From Malacoraja senta (lineage: Eukaryota), in NCBI GenBank assembly GCA_038087875.1, contig CM075977.1:29264001-29328000 (forward strand): 64,000 nucleotides of DNA, given 5' to 3'. Below are positions 13,160 to 24,758 of the stretch, piece after piece. Position 1 is the first letter of the stretch. Every line of letters begins with the position of its first letter. The notes beneath the pieces were generated by a model. It saw only the letters and a program-made list of their open reading frames with translations. It ran no database searches and was not told where the DNA came from. The position numbers and the translations under genes were made by a program.

Positions 13160-13369
13160 GAAATTTGTGGTCATGGTTTCAGGCTCCTGTACTTTCTTCT
13201 CAATGTTAGTGACAAAATCAGATCATGGGCAGAGAGATACTGGGGGACCGGGAAGTTAATGTTTACTTTAATGTTTGCTCTTTCGAAGTGAGCGTAGAAA
13301 CAATTGAGCGCGTTGTCATTTGAGCTAACATCTTGCAAACCTTACAACGGCAGCAGCATCGAGAAAAAA

Positions 13370-13525
13370 ATAGTTGCAGGAGTAGGCCATTCGGCCCTTC
13401 GAGCCAGCACCGCCATTCAATATGATCATGGCTGATCATCTAAAATCAGTACCCCGTTCCTTCTTTTTCACCATATCCTTTGATTCCTTTAGACCTAAGA
13501 GCTAAAGCTGACTCGCTCTTGAGAG
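13370..13525 (-). mobile_element. CR1 3'UTR fragment
   Basis: Near-identical to the CR1 3' ends at 16465-16620. Confidence 0.8.
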
Positions 13526-13609
13526 AGCAAGAGAGCCGCATACACATTTCATAACTGAACCTCCACAATAATAATCCATATTGTTAAGGTCAATCCCTCA
13601 AACCTTAGC

Positions 13610-13866
13610 ATACCGAGTGGGTGCCGCACAGCGATCCCCACACACTAACACTATCCCACACACACTATGGACAATTTACAATTATACCAAGCCAATTAAC
13701 CTACAAACGTCTTTGGAGTGTGGGAGGAAACCGGAAATCCCGGAGAAAACCCAGCAGGTCACGGAGAGAACATACAAACTCCATACAGACAGTACCCATA
13801 GTCAGTATCGAATCCAGGTCTTTGGCGCTGTAAGGCAGCAACTCTACCACTGCACCACCGTGCTGC
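13610..13866 (-). mobile_element. HE1-type SINE
   Basis: Reverse complement has head gcacggtggtgcagtggtagagttgctgcc and box B-like gattcgatac. Confidence 0.8.
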
Positions 13867-15349
13867 TCCTTTCTTTTTACAAATATGCTGTCTGACCTGC
13901 TGACTGCTTCTATCCTTTTCTGTTTTTGTTTCTGCAATTCTTTTGAGTTTCATTATGCATTAAAGATTACTTGAAAACATTAATCCAACACAACACCATC
14001 ATTATTATGCTAAAAATCATTTGGATACAAGGTAAAGAATTTTACCAACCAAATCCTTCCACAGTGGCATCTTCTAATTCTGCATTCCTATAACTTGACC
14101 ACTTTCAGATCTCTTAGCAATGCTCCCAGTCCATAAAAAAAAGAAAGATGCATAATCTTCTCTCAATAGCCGGGCAGTGCTGCCTCGGAAGCTCGTGATG
14201 AGCAGCTTGTAACAACTCTCTCTCCCTCCCTCTCACTTATATTAACCCAGTCAATTTCTGGGTCTTTCATGTTTTGTAAGTAGAATCCAGACTCTAGCAT
14301 GAATCACAACTATTAACATGCCATCCAGCCATTGTACAAATATAACAAATGTAACAATGCATTCCAGACCTTTTACAACTGACTTGCAAATCGACATGAA
14401 AACATGGTTTATTACCATTGTTGCTCAAACAAAGAAGCAATTCGGCCTTCATGCCAAAATTGGTTCAGCATGAAGCTTAGACAGACAGGATCCAGGTTTG
14501 ACTACTGTCTGAATAAATTGATCTTAGCTCAGGGGTTTGAGGACTGAAACTTCACTGATGTCCATGGACATTTAGGAATTGGAGAAACCATTTAGTCTGC
14601 ACAAAGCATATGCCATTTTGGCTCAAGGAGCTAAACCATCTACTTCTCTTCCTATGGAGAGGCTATTCAAAGAGTTCCTGGCCTTCTGTGAGACAACTCC
14701 ATGTTTCCAACTTCATACTCTGGGGTACCACAAGAGTGTCCCAAACCACTGGCATGTGGACTTCACTTATCAATGGTTTGGCTGTAAGTTTCCATCGAAT
14801 CTTTCTGTTATAGAGCATGGAAATAGGCCACTCGGCCAGCTCCTTACATTCCCATCAACTCCCACAGTCTACCATTCATCCACACTTTAGCGGCAATGTG
14901 CAGCAGTCCCTTAATGTACAAGCCCACGTGCCATTTTGAAGTGGGAGGAAATCAGAGAACCGGGGGAAACGTGATTATGTGGAGAATGGGCAAACTGCAT
15001 ATGTACAGAACAGGTCAAGATTGAACACAGATCACAGTGAGGCAACAGCTCTTCTAACTGAAATATAAACTGAATAATGCTGGAAATTCTCACCAGGTCA
15101 GGCTGCATCTGTGGGAAGAGAAAAAGAGCTGATGTTTAATGTCAAAGACATCAGCTCCGATGAAGGGGTTTCAACCTGAATGGATAACTCTGTGTCTTTC
15201 CACTGATGCGGTCTGCCCTGCTGAGCATTTTTACCATGCATTTAGTTCAGATTGTCTTCATCTTTTTTTTGATTATCCAGTTCTTTAAGCCATTGTGCTG
15301 TGCTTTTATGCTAAGTATGATGCATGATCCACGACCAATGGAAATAGAT

Positions 15350-15543
15350 AGTGTGGGAAGGAACTGCAGATGCTGGTTTAAGCTGAGGATAAACATAAAA
15401 TGCTGGAGTAACTCAGCGGGACAGGCAGCATCCCTGGAGAGAAGGAATGGGTGACGTTTTGGAACGAGACCCTTCTTCAGACTGAGATGTATCTCCAGAA
15501 ATGCTGCCCGTCCCGCTGAGTTACTCCAGCATTTTGTGTCTAT
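15350..15543. mobile_element. Penelope-like inverted terminal-repeat unit
   Basis: Inverted arms; perfect 14-bp TSD caatggaaatagat at 15336-15349 and 15544-15557. Confidence 0.75.
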
Positions 15544-15612
15544 CAATGGAAATAGATCCCCTTCCCACCCTAGAGAGGGGAAACCAGAGTGGCCAGCCTT
15601 GTAATCTATTGT

Positions 15613-15823
15613 GTAGGAAGGAACAGCAGATGCTGGTTTAAACCGAAGATAGACACCAAAAGCTGGAGTAACTCAACAGGAGAGGCAGCATCTCTAGAGA
15701 GAAGGAATGGGTGACGTTTTGGGTCAAGACCTTTCTACAGGCTGGAGAAGGGTCTCGATCCAAAAAGTCACCCATTCCTTCCCTCCAGAGATGCTGCCTG
15801 TCCCGCTGAGTTACTCCAGCTTT
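15613..15823. mobile_element. Penelope-like inverted terminal-repeat unit
   Basis: Inverted arms centred near 15740; 14-bp TSD ttgtaatct(a/g)ttgt at 15599-15612 and 15824-15837. Confidence 0.75.
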
Positions 15824-15926
15824 TTGTAATCTGTTGTCATTGGTCGGCCATAGAGTGTCATGTCCTAAATGCCAAAATGCATATTCCAATAGAGATTTAC
15901 ACCATGAGGTAAAAAATCGCCTCATC

Positions 15927-16080
15927 CAAACACGTACAGGTAAGTAGGTTAATTGGCTTGGTAGATGTAAAAATTGTCCCTAGTCCCTAGTGTGTGTAGG
16001 ATAGTGTTAATATGCGGGGATTGCTGGTCGGCGCGGACGCGGTGGGCTGAAGGGCCTGTTTCTGCATTTTTTAAACTAAA
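15927..16080 (+). mobile_element. 5'-truncated HE1-type SINE
   Basis: 3' half of the SINE with aaactaaa tail. Confidence 0.75.
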
Positions 16081-16430
16081 AATATACTTATCAAGGTTCG
16101 TTCCTGAAACCCACTAATGCCCTCGTTCACAACCTGCACACCCACAAAACTCCCGAAGGCGACTCACAGTTTTCAGAAGAAAAACAGTAAGTGTGAAATG
16201 ATTAAACCAAAGGCATTCCATTACACAGTCATTTCAATGATAATGAGTATGAACGTTTATTTCTTATGAGACATAAAGGAATTAAGACAGAAGCACACAA
16301 AAAATCCCCATCCGAGGTCAGGGCCAGAAATACAATTTTTTGCAAAAACATCTTCTTTCAGATTTCATAACTGCAAAAGAGGCAAGTGTGGAAATTTAAA
16401 AAAAAGACATGCCCTGTTTATCAGGTCCTT

Positions 16431-17044
16431 TAGACAATAGACAATACACAATAGACAATAGACAATAGGTGCAGGAGTAGGCCATTCGGCCCTTCGAGCC
16501 AGCACCGCCATTCAATGTGATCATGGCTGATCATCCCCAATCAGTACCCCGTTCCTGCCTTCTCCCCATATCCCCTGACTCCTCTATTTTTAAGAGCCCT
16601 ATCTAGCTCTCTCTTGAAAGCATCCAGGGAACCTGCCTCCACCACCCTCTGAGGCAGAGAATTCCACAGACACAACTCTCTGTGAGAAAAAGTGTTTCCT
16701 CATCTCCGTTCTAAATGGCTTACCCCTTATTCTTAAACTGTGTCCCCTGGTTCTGGACTCCCCCAAGATCAGGAACATGTTTCCTGCCTCTAGCGTCTCC
16801 AAACCCTTAACAATCTTATATGTTTCAATAAGATGCCCTCTCATCCTTCTAAACTGCAGAGTGTACAAGCCCAGCCGCTCCATTCTCTCAGCATATGACA
16901 GTCCCGCCATCCCGGGAATTAACCTTGTAAACCTACGCTGCACTCCCTCAATAGCAAGAATGTCCTTCCTCAAATTAGGGGACCAAAACTGCACACAATA
17001 CTCCAGGTGTGGCCTCACTAGGGCTCTGTACAACTGCAGAAGGA
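16431..17044 (-). mobile_element. Young 5'-truncated CR1 with (ctattgt)n tail
   Basis: YRALVRPHLEYCVQFWSP...GVQRRFTRLIPG CR1 ORF2 C-terminal motifs; intact 3'UTR. Confidence 0.92.
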
Positions 17045-18043
17045 AAGTGTTTGAAACTTTTTAAAGTGTTTGGACATTAGAGGTGAAGGGAGGAGTCACG
17101 CAGAGTGCTGTAAAGTTGTGGAAATCCAAAGAGTTAAGGCGCAGCTCACTGGTCCCATAGCAGCAATCTGCCTGAAACCCCTGTTCATTAAGTGGCTCGC
17201 TATTTTTAGGCGGGAAAGAACGAAAGTTACTCTCACAGGATGTGGGTGGTTGGGGCAAGACCAGCATTAAAAGGTCGCGGTGGCATCACCTCCCCAAACT
17301 GCTGTGGTCCATTAGGTGAAGTTGTCCCCACACACACGGGGCACATTATTCTCTTTTAAAGAGCAGCAAATGTTTAAGATAAATGCTAATATTAATGCCA
17401 GAGGAATTATTGCATTAACATACAATGGAACATTATTCTGGCAATTCCCTTGTCTAAATGTTCCTTAAGATAACTTGATAACTTGAATACCAGAACAACT
17501 TGCATTGACATAAAGGTGCTGTTAAGTATAAAAGAATGTCATAAATTGCTTAGAAGATAAGCATTAACAAAGTGAGGCTGGAAGAGGTGATTATAAACTA
17601 AAGAGACGAGAGTTTGAGGAGGGCTTTTGCAAAAGATATGCAGTAGGACAGCTGATGAGGGTAATTGACCCAGGTCCATAATGTGGGCAGAAGCTATTGT
17701 CACAGAATCATGCAGCACGGATACAGACATATCTTGAAAGGGTGGAGGAAAGGGATGGATTGAGGGTCTGAAGAACAATATGTGTGGGAGAAAATACCAA
17801 AAAAAAAGTGGAATGAGATATAGGTGAATTAATGGAGGGCAAGGATGTTTGGTTTATGAGGTGCCAGTGAAATATAGCAAGAACAGGGAAGACGAACAAA
17901 TACAATGTAGGATGGGGCAGAATTATTTTACGTTTTGCTCCACCCAGGGCTCTACTGATGGGCAAGACAATGGAAAGAGGAGGCCCAGCACCAGCAAAGG
18001 CACGTTTGAGACTTTAACAATCTTAAGAGCTGTTTACACATTA

Positions 18044-19298
18044 TCTATATGGTTATAAAACTCTGATCTTGGATGTGTGTGTATTTATTTGTGAATTTGT
18101 TTGTTCGTCTGCGTTTCATATCTCCTTGAAAACACGATGTGCTAACGGTGAAATTTTTATATATTCCAATAGAGATTTACACCATGACGTAAAAAATCGC
18201 CTCATCTGAAAATTTGATGCATTATTTCCCGAGTTATTTATGAAAATGTTCACAAATGTGCAGAAACTTGGAAAAAAGAACTGCTTTTTCCCTGTGCTTA
18301 GCCCTGTGCTTAGCCCTGCTCGCAACATTGTTGCTGTCCAAGTGCTCTGAGTTCTGCTCACCCTAGCAAGTGCAAATGCGTTTAAAAAATTTTTTAAATG
18401 AGGGATGCTGAATAATAATAATAATAATAATACATTTTATTTGTATAGCGCTTTTCAAGGACTCAAAGTCGCTTTACATGGAGAGTCAAAAACAAAACAA
18501 AATAGAGCAGTAAGACAGAGATGCAAAGGGGAGGGGGACATGGGACTAAGGGTATGCAGAGGTGAAGAGATGGGTCTTGAGGCGGGACTGGAGGATGGTG
18601 AGGGACTCAGAATTTCGGATGAATTGTGGGAGGGAGTTCTAGAGCCTGGGAGCTGCCCTGGAGAAGGCTCTCTTTCCAAAAGTGCAGAGGTTGGATTTCG
18701 GAATGGAGAGGAGACCGGCTGATGTGGATCTGAGGGACCGTGAGGGTTGGTAGGGGGAGAGGAGGTCAGTGAGATAAGGGGGGGCCAAGTGGTTGAGGGC
18801 TTTGTAGGTGAGGACCAGGATTTTGTAGATGATCCGGTGGGAAATGGGAAGCCAGTGAAGTTCTTGAAGTTCTTTGAGAACTGGGGTGATGTGGTGCCAG
18901 GATTTGGTGTGGGTGATGAGTCGGGCGGCTGCATTCTGGACCAGTTGGAGTCGGTTGATGTTGCTGGAATTAATGCCAAAGAGAAGAGAGTTACAGTAGT
19001 CCAGTTGGGAGGAGATGAAGGCATGGATGAGTCTTTCAGCAGCGGGGGGTGTGAGAGAGGGTCTGATTTTGGCAATGTTGCGGAGGTGAAAAAATGATGT
19101 TTTGATAACATGGCAGATGTGAGGCTCAAGGGAGAGGGTTGAGTCAAAGATCACGCCAAGGTTGCGGGCCTGAGGAGATGGGGAGACAGTGGTGCCGGAA
19201 TGAGCCGCCCCTGGCAGTAGTCGGCTATGGGTGCTGGAATAAGGGGAATGGCTTGCGTTCGGGGACCAGGCCTCCCATGTGACAGGGACCCAATGGGT
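18044..19298 (+). mobile_element. Non-autonomous Helitron-like element candidate, interrupted by L2
   Basis: Starts a|tctatat...aaaactct. Ends in the half-hairpin gggacccaatgggt without a terminal CTAG (truncated). Classification is an inference. Confidence 0.35.
18411..19197 (-). mobile_element. 5'-truncated L2 LINE with (att)n tail
   Basis: IFDSTLSLEPHI...FFHLRNIAKIRPSL...LIHAFISSQLDYCNSLL...LQLVQNAAARLIT...HITPVL..LHWLP are hallmark L2 C-terminal motifs. Confidence 0.92.
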
Positions 19299-19579
19299 TA
19301 AATATAAGTTAAAATTTATATAAGGTTAAATTTAGTTAAATATAAAGATGAATTGGCCGAATAACATGGTTTTAACAAGCAAAATATACAGTTACTGGAA
19401 GCTATGATTTTGCATTGGAGACTCAATTTCTGTCCTGAAATAGTGTCTGCATTTTCAGCTGATGAAAATGGTGCCAATTATGATTCTAAGAGTGGAAATT
19501 TGAAGGAGCTACGCTGGACTCCCATTTCACCAAATGTTTTCAACAATTTTTAAAAATTGCAATTTCATACAAACCTGCC

Positions 19580-19875
19580 TCTTCATGAAATAAAGGATGG
19601 AAATTGAGGGAAGCACTCAGCAGGTCAGGACATCTATGGAAAGGAGAAAAGTGTTAATGTTATATGCCAACGGTTGTTCATCGGAAGACCATTCTCTTTC
19701 CACAGATGCTGCCTGAACTGTTGAGCTTTTCGAATGTTCTCTGTTTTCATTTCAGATTAGCAACGGTGCTGTTTTAAGCAAAGCACAAAGTGCTGGAGGA
19801 AATCAGTGGGTCAGGCAGCATCTGGGGAGGGAATGGCCAGGTAATGTTTCAGGATTGGACCCTTCTTCAGACATT
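19580..19875. mobile_element. Older Penelope-like terminal modules (inverted pair plus single)
   Basis: Diverged copies of the gatgctgcctga...gag body; revcomp gtctgaagaagggtccaatcctgaaac near 19845-19872. Confidence 0.5.
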
Positions 19876-20579
19876 GTTGTTCAGTGCTGAGCCCACTTCA
19901 GTGCTGCTTTATGATTCTTTGCCTCATTAACTAGTAACTGTTCAGAATTTTTTAATTGTGAATTTTGCAGAATTTATTCATATTTTTAAAATCGGGAAGA
20001 TCTCTGCGGAAATAATTTCTGGTCTATCTGCGGACTGAAAAGGGCCGTTGAGTTAGTTCCCCGTTCCCTTTTGATGCCTCATGGGAGATTTATGTTTCTT
20101 CTTACTTTCTTTCTGAGAATCTTCATCCATGGTGATGGATGATTAATAGTTCTGCCGAATGAAAGTCATTTTCCATGTGACTTGTCTGTACTTCACTGAT
20201 CACTAAAGGTTTTATCAGCCGTTTAGGAAGGTTCACATTTCCTGTCAAGAGTGAAACCTCACTGAGCGCAGATTAATCATTTCAAAAACTTGACTTTGCT
20301 TCTCATTCTCACAGGTGGCTTGGAAAGAAACACTTATGCACGGTCTTTCCCCACCCTTGCTTTCCACTTTATTTCAAATTGCAACAGCAAAATTAGTCAT
20401 TAAAGTGAAACCTTCCACCAAGACTACAACATAAGTATCAACCCAACATTGGTTTCATGGTTTCTCACACTCTTTACTGAGCAATGGGATTTGAGCCCCT
20501 GGCTGCTGGGCAGAGCAAGATTTAAAAAAATAGACATGCAAAATGAAACTCAATGGCTCAACTAGTACAGTTGCAATAG

Positions 20580-21212
20580 GAGGCACATGATTAGAGTTGC
20601 TGCCTTACAGTGCCAGAGACCCAGGTTCGATCCTCATCACCGGTGCTGTCTGTACAGAGTTTGCACGTTCTCCCCATCATTTGCATGGGTTCTCTCCAGG
20701 TTCTCCAATTTACCTCCCACACTCCAAAGATGTACAAGTTTGTTGGTTAATTGGCTTTGGTTAAGTTCAGTTCAGTTTAGATTAGAGATACAGCGTGGAA
20801 ACAGGCCTTTCGGCCCACCGAGTCCGTGCCGACCAGCAATCCCCGCACGCTAACATGATCCTACACACACTAGGGACAATTTACACTTGTACCAAGCCAA
20901 TTAACCTACAAACCTGTATGTCTTTGGAGTGTTGGAGGAAACCAAAGATCTCGGGAAAAACCCACGCAGGTCATGGGGAGAACGTACAAACTCCGTACAG
21001 ACAGCACCCGTGATGAGGATCGAACCCGGGTCTCTGACGCTGTAAGGCAGCAACAGCACCGCTGAGCCACCGTGCCACCCCTGACTTCGGTAAAATGGTA
21101 AATTATCCCTATTGTGTAGGATAGTGTTAGTGTGCGGGGACTGCTAGTCATCCTGGACTCATTGGGCCAAAGGGCCTGTTTCTGCGCTGTATCTCTAAAC
21201 TAAACTAATCTA
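20580..21212 (+). mobile_element. HE1-type SINE hosting an antisense SINE
   Basis: 5' part at 20580-20761 (ggttcgatcc box B); 3' part resumes at 21082-21212. Confidence 0.8.
20762..21081 (-). mobile_element. Full-length HE1-type SINE nested in the opposite orientation
   Basis: Complete head-to-tail copy; imperfect TSD tggctttggt / tgacttcggt. Confidence 0.85.
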
Positions 21213-21667
21213 AAAAACGCTGCCTCCTCAAAGCTCCAGTGACCCAGGTTGAATCCCAGCCTTGCTGCTCTCTGTGTGGACTTTGCATGTTACCCTTATG
21301 ACCATGAGGGCTTCCCCCAGTGCTCCGGTTTCCTGCCATGACCCTAAGAGGAAATGTGGGGAGAATAAAATGGAACTAGTTTAAGATTAACGTGAATGAG
21401 TACTTAATTGTCGGCGTGGACCTGGTGAGCTGAAGGGCGGGTTTCTGTGCTGTGTGACTGGCCGGCGAGAAGAAACGGGACAATAGATAACAATATTTCA
21501 GGACAATCTGCCTAAATTACATGCCACGTGCAAAAAAGTGCAAGCACAAGTGGCTAGTTGGCTGATTTATTGCTGGCCCTTCCAGGCCTATGGTAAGCAT
21601 TGTATCTGTATCCCTTGCTGTCTCTATCCTGAAGAACGCTCTCTGTCTGAAGAAGGGTCCCAACCCC

Positions 21668-21981
21668 ATATGCCAGGGGCCACAGTTCAAGAATCAGGGG
21701 TAAGCCATTTAGAACGGAGACGATGAAACACTTTTTCTCACAGAGTTGTGAGTCTGTGGAATTCTCTGCCCCAGAGGGCGGTGGAGGCGGGTTCTTTGGA
21801 TACTTTCAAGAGAGAGCTAGATAGGGCTCTTAAAGATAGCGGAGTCAGGGGATATGGGGAGAAGGCAGGAAAGGGGTACTGATTGGGGATGATCAGCCAT
21901 GATCACATTGAATGGCGGTGTTGGCTCGAAGGGCCAAATGGCCTACTCCTGCACCTATTGTCTATTGTCTATTGTCTATTG
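21668..21981 (+). mobile_element. CR1 3' fragment inserted into a Penelope-like module
   Basis: CR1 3'UTR with (ctattgt)n tail; module motif gtctgaagaagggtcccaaccc on the left, module body on the right. Confidence 0.85.
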
Positions 21982-22204
21982 TCATCTGTCCATTACCTAC
22001 ACTGCTGTTTCCTGACCTGGAATTACTCCAGCACTTTGAGTTTTACTCACTATTCCAGCACCTGCAGTTCCTTGTGGATCTCTTCACACAGGAATGTGGA
22101 GCAAAGACTTGCCAATAAGTCCATTTCCACTGTGAACGTATGCAATGAATACCAGACAGTAATGTCTCAGGACAGCCATGTGTGCATTTAATGCATAGAA
22201 TGGA

Positions 22205-22625
22205 GAATACATTCAAGACAATCTTCTCTATACATCTATAGGAGGCAATGCTTCCAAAGGTAGCCAGCATCATTAAGGACCCATACAAGGTCACACTCTC
22301 ATTTTACTCTTGCCATCGGGAAAAAGATATAAAAACCTTTTTCTAAAATCCATAACCTCCAGGTTCAAGAACAACTTCTTCCCAATTCTTCCCAACTATC
22401 AGGCCCTTGTACACCACAAACACCAACTAAACCATAAAACTATGGACTGTCTTGATTGCACCAAGGATGTTGGGCTTTTTGCACTAATATTGGGAATTTT
22501 AATTTGTTGATTGTTTTGTTTATTGTGCTATCCATGAGTTCGGTGTTTACAATCTACTGCAAATAAGAATTTCATTGTTCAATTTTTGGTACATATGACA
22601 ATTAAAACTCTTGATTCTTGACACT
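22205..22625 (+). mobile_element. Rex1/Babar-like LINE 3' fragment
   Basis: SIIKDP...LPSGKRYKNL..ITSRFKNNFFP motif; (cttgact)-type tail. Confidence 0.6.
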
Positions 22626-22709
22626 CTTGACTCTTAAAGCAGAGCCAGCCTGCAGCAAATAGCCAGCTGGGGGAGCAGAGGGCACAATAAACAAGTATTC
22701 GAATGTAAT

Positions 22710-22842
22710 TGTGTAGAAAGCTACTGCAGATGCTGGTTTATACCGAAGGCAGACACAAAATGCTGAGTAACTCAGCGAGTCAGGCAACATCTCCGGAGAG
22801 AAGGAATAGGTGATGTTTCAGGTTAAGATCCTTCTTCAGACG
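22710..22842 (-). mobile_element. Penelope-like terminal module
   Basis: Revcomp starts gtctgaagaaggatcttaacctgaaacatcacc and runs through the family body. Confidence 0.65.
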
Positions 22843-24044
22843 TTTAATTTACCTTTCTGATAGATGACTCTTATGACTAAAGTTTGCAGCTTCCCATTTC
22901 ATTTCTTCCAACCATTCGGGCACGGTTTCTCATCAGGAACATTTTGGGAAGAGTACAGAGAGGTTTCTGCATCAGCAAGTAAGCACTGCATCATCATAAA
23001 GTGACCTGCGACAAGCAATGATTAAGAAGATATTTGAAGAAGTGAACAAGCCCACAGAATCTTGGAAGGAGCAGGGATGAGGTGATTTGGGAAAAGAATT
23101 CCAGACCTCACGATCCAAGCCGTTAAAGGCACAGCTATCAAGAGAAAAGCGGGGAAAAATGGGGAAAAGTCATGCACAAAGAATCAGAACTGCCGGAGAC
23201 CTCTGAGGTTACAAGGATGATGAGAGGTTGAGACATGGACACATCTGAACACGTGGGGCGAGAGTTCATCAGACCAAGAATGGTGGACGAACAAGACTTG
23301 GTGGGAGTTAGAATATAAACTGCAGAGTTGTGAGTGAGCACAGGTCAGTCAAGAAAAGCATTAGGATAGTGAAAACTACAAGTACCAGTAGTGCTGGGTG
23401 AGGATTTCAGCAGAGGACAAGCTGAGGCAAGAACATGGAGAGGAAGATGATACAGGATTGCAATTTGGCCCAGGGCTGCTGGAACTATGAGCAATCAGCG
23501 GCCATTGGTAGAGGCTGGATAGAGAATTAGAGTCGGTGGGTTCGGTGTGGAGCTTCTGCCACAGTATTTATACTAAAATCAAGAGCATATTCCTCTTACA
23601 CAAACAGCAACACACATTTTCCACATGGCTGTTCAAAGTAGATTGTAGTGTCCTTATGAGAAGGTGCAAAGCAACCATGAAGACATGTGATGGACTGACG
23701 TGCATCCTTGCCAGTTTCACCACTCTGACACTTCAACCAGTCATGCGGGAGGCATGTCACTGAGTTGTTTTCAAGTGTTATGGCTCAGTTTAGAAAACAA
23801 CATGTTCTGGATTCACAAAACTGCTGCTATTCGTGTACTTCTTCACGTGAAAACGAAATATTCACAGGTTTACCATCTGTGGAAATACCCCGAGACTGTA
23901 TTGGAACTGTTTTTCAAATGGACTGAAAGTTCCACCAGGTCACCACCTGGATGGGGGAGAATCAGAACAATTTGCCATCTTGTGAAGTCAGAGTACGCAC
24001 ACATTGCCAAGTTTCCACTCCCCACTATTCTGCAGAGTATACAG

Positions 24045-24340
24045 AGACCAGTCCTGCTGATCCAGGGACAAGGTTGAAGTGGATGGGGAACTTAAATTCA
24101 AGTAATTAGGTTAAATTGCAGGAAGAAAAGCCGGCATTAGTTGATGGCGAGCATGAAACTTCAGGCACATCTGAAAAAACATTAATTCACTGAAGGCAAT
24201 GTGTCCTTCTTACCTATGTATCCCTCTAGAACCACCAATATGGTATCGCATTACTGCCCTCTGGAATAGCTCAACAGCTCACTCCTTTCAAGGGCCACTT
24301 AGGAACTGGCCAAACCAGTGACATCCACATCCTGTGAGCA
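24045..24340 (+). mobile_element. Ancient SINE remnant (tail shared with LINE at 48940-49700)
   Basis: Ends ttcaagggccacttagg...gtgacatccacatcctgtga; weaker homologues near 39130-39360 and 43575-43770. Confidence 0.4.
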
Positions 24341-24388
24341 AATCACCAGCAGACAGGAATTGCTCTGAGTAGGAAGGAACTACAGATG

Positions 24389-24518
24389 GTGAAGAAGGGT
24401 TTCGGCCCGAAACGTTGCCTATTTCCTTCGCTCCATAGATGCTGCTGCACCCGCTGAGTTTCTCCAGCATTTTTGTGTACCTTCGATTTTCCAGCATCTG
24501 CAGTTCCTTCTTTAACAC
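24389..24518 (+). mobile_element. Young 130-bp Penelope-like module beginning at the hammerhead core
   Basis: gtgaagaagggtttcggcccgaaacgttgcc...; perfect 15-bp TSD aaggaactacagatg at 24374-24388 and 24519-24533. Confidence 0.75.
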
Positions 24519-24555
24519 AAGGAACTACAGATGCTGGATTATGCTGAGTTACTCC

Positions 24556-24758
24556 AGACACAAAATGCTGGAGTAACTCTAACGAGTCAGGCAGCGTCTC
24601 TGGCGAAAAGGAATAGGTGACGTTTTGGGCCGGGACCCTTTTTAGACCTTTGTTCAGACCCTGAAGAAGGGTCCCGACCCGAAATGTCACCTATTCCTTT
24701 TCTCCAGGGATGCTGCCTGACTCGTTAGAGTTACTCCAGCATTTTGTGTCTACCTTAG
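24556..24758. mobile_element. Penelope-like inverted terminal-repeat unit
   Basis: About 90-bp near-perfect arms sharing private variants (ctctaacgag / ctcgttagag); motif ctgaagaagggtcccgacccgaaatgtc at 24661-24688. Confidence 0.75.

Noticed and set aside
18455-19147. 230-aa Ser/Pro-rich ORF
   Set aside because: Alternative frame of the L2 fragment.
19447-19553. Possible terminal exon after ttttcag (ADENGANYDSKSGNLKELRW...)
   Set aside because: Short, no recognisable homology, and no partner exons.
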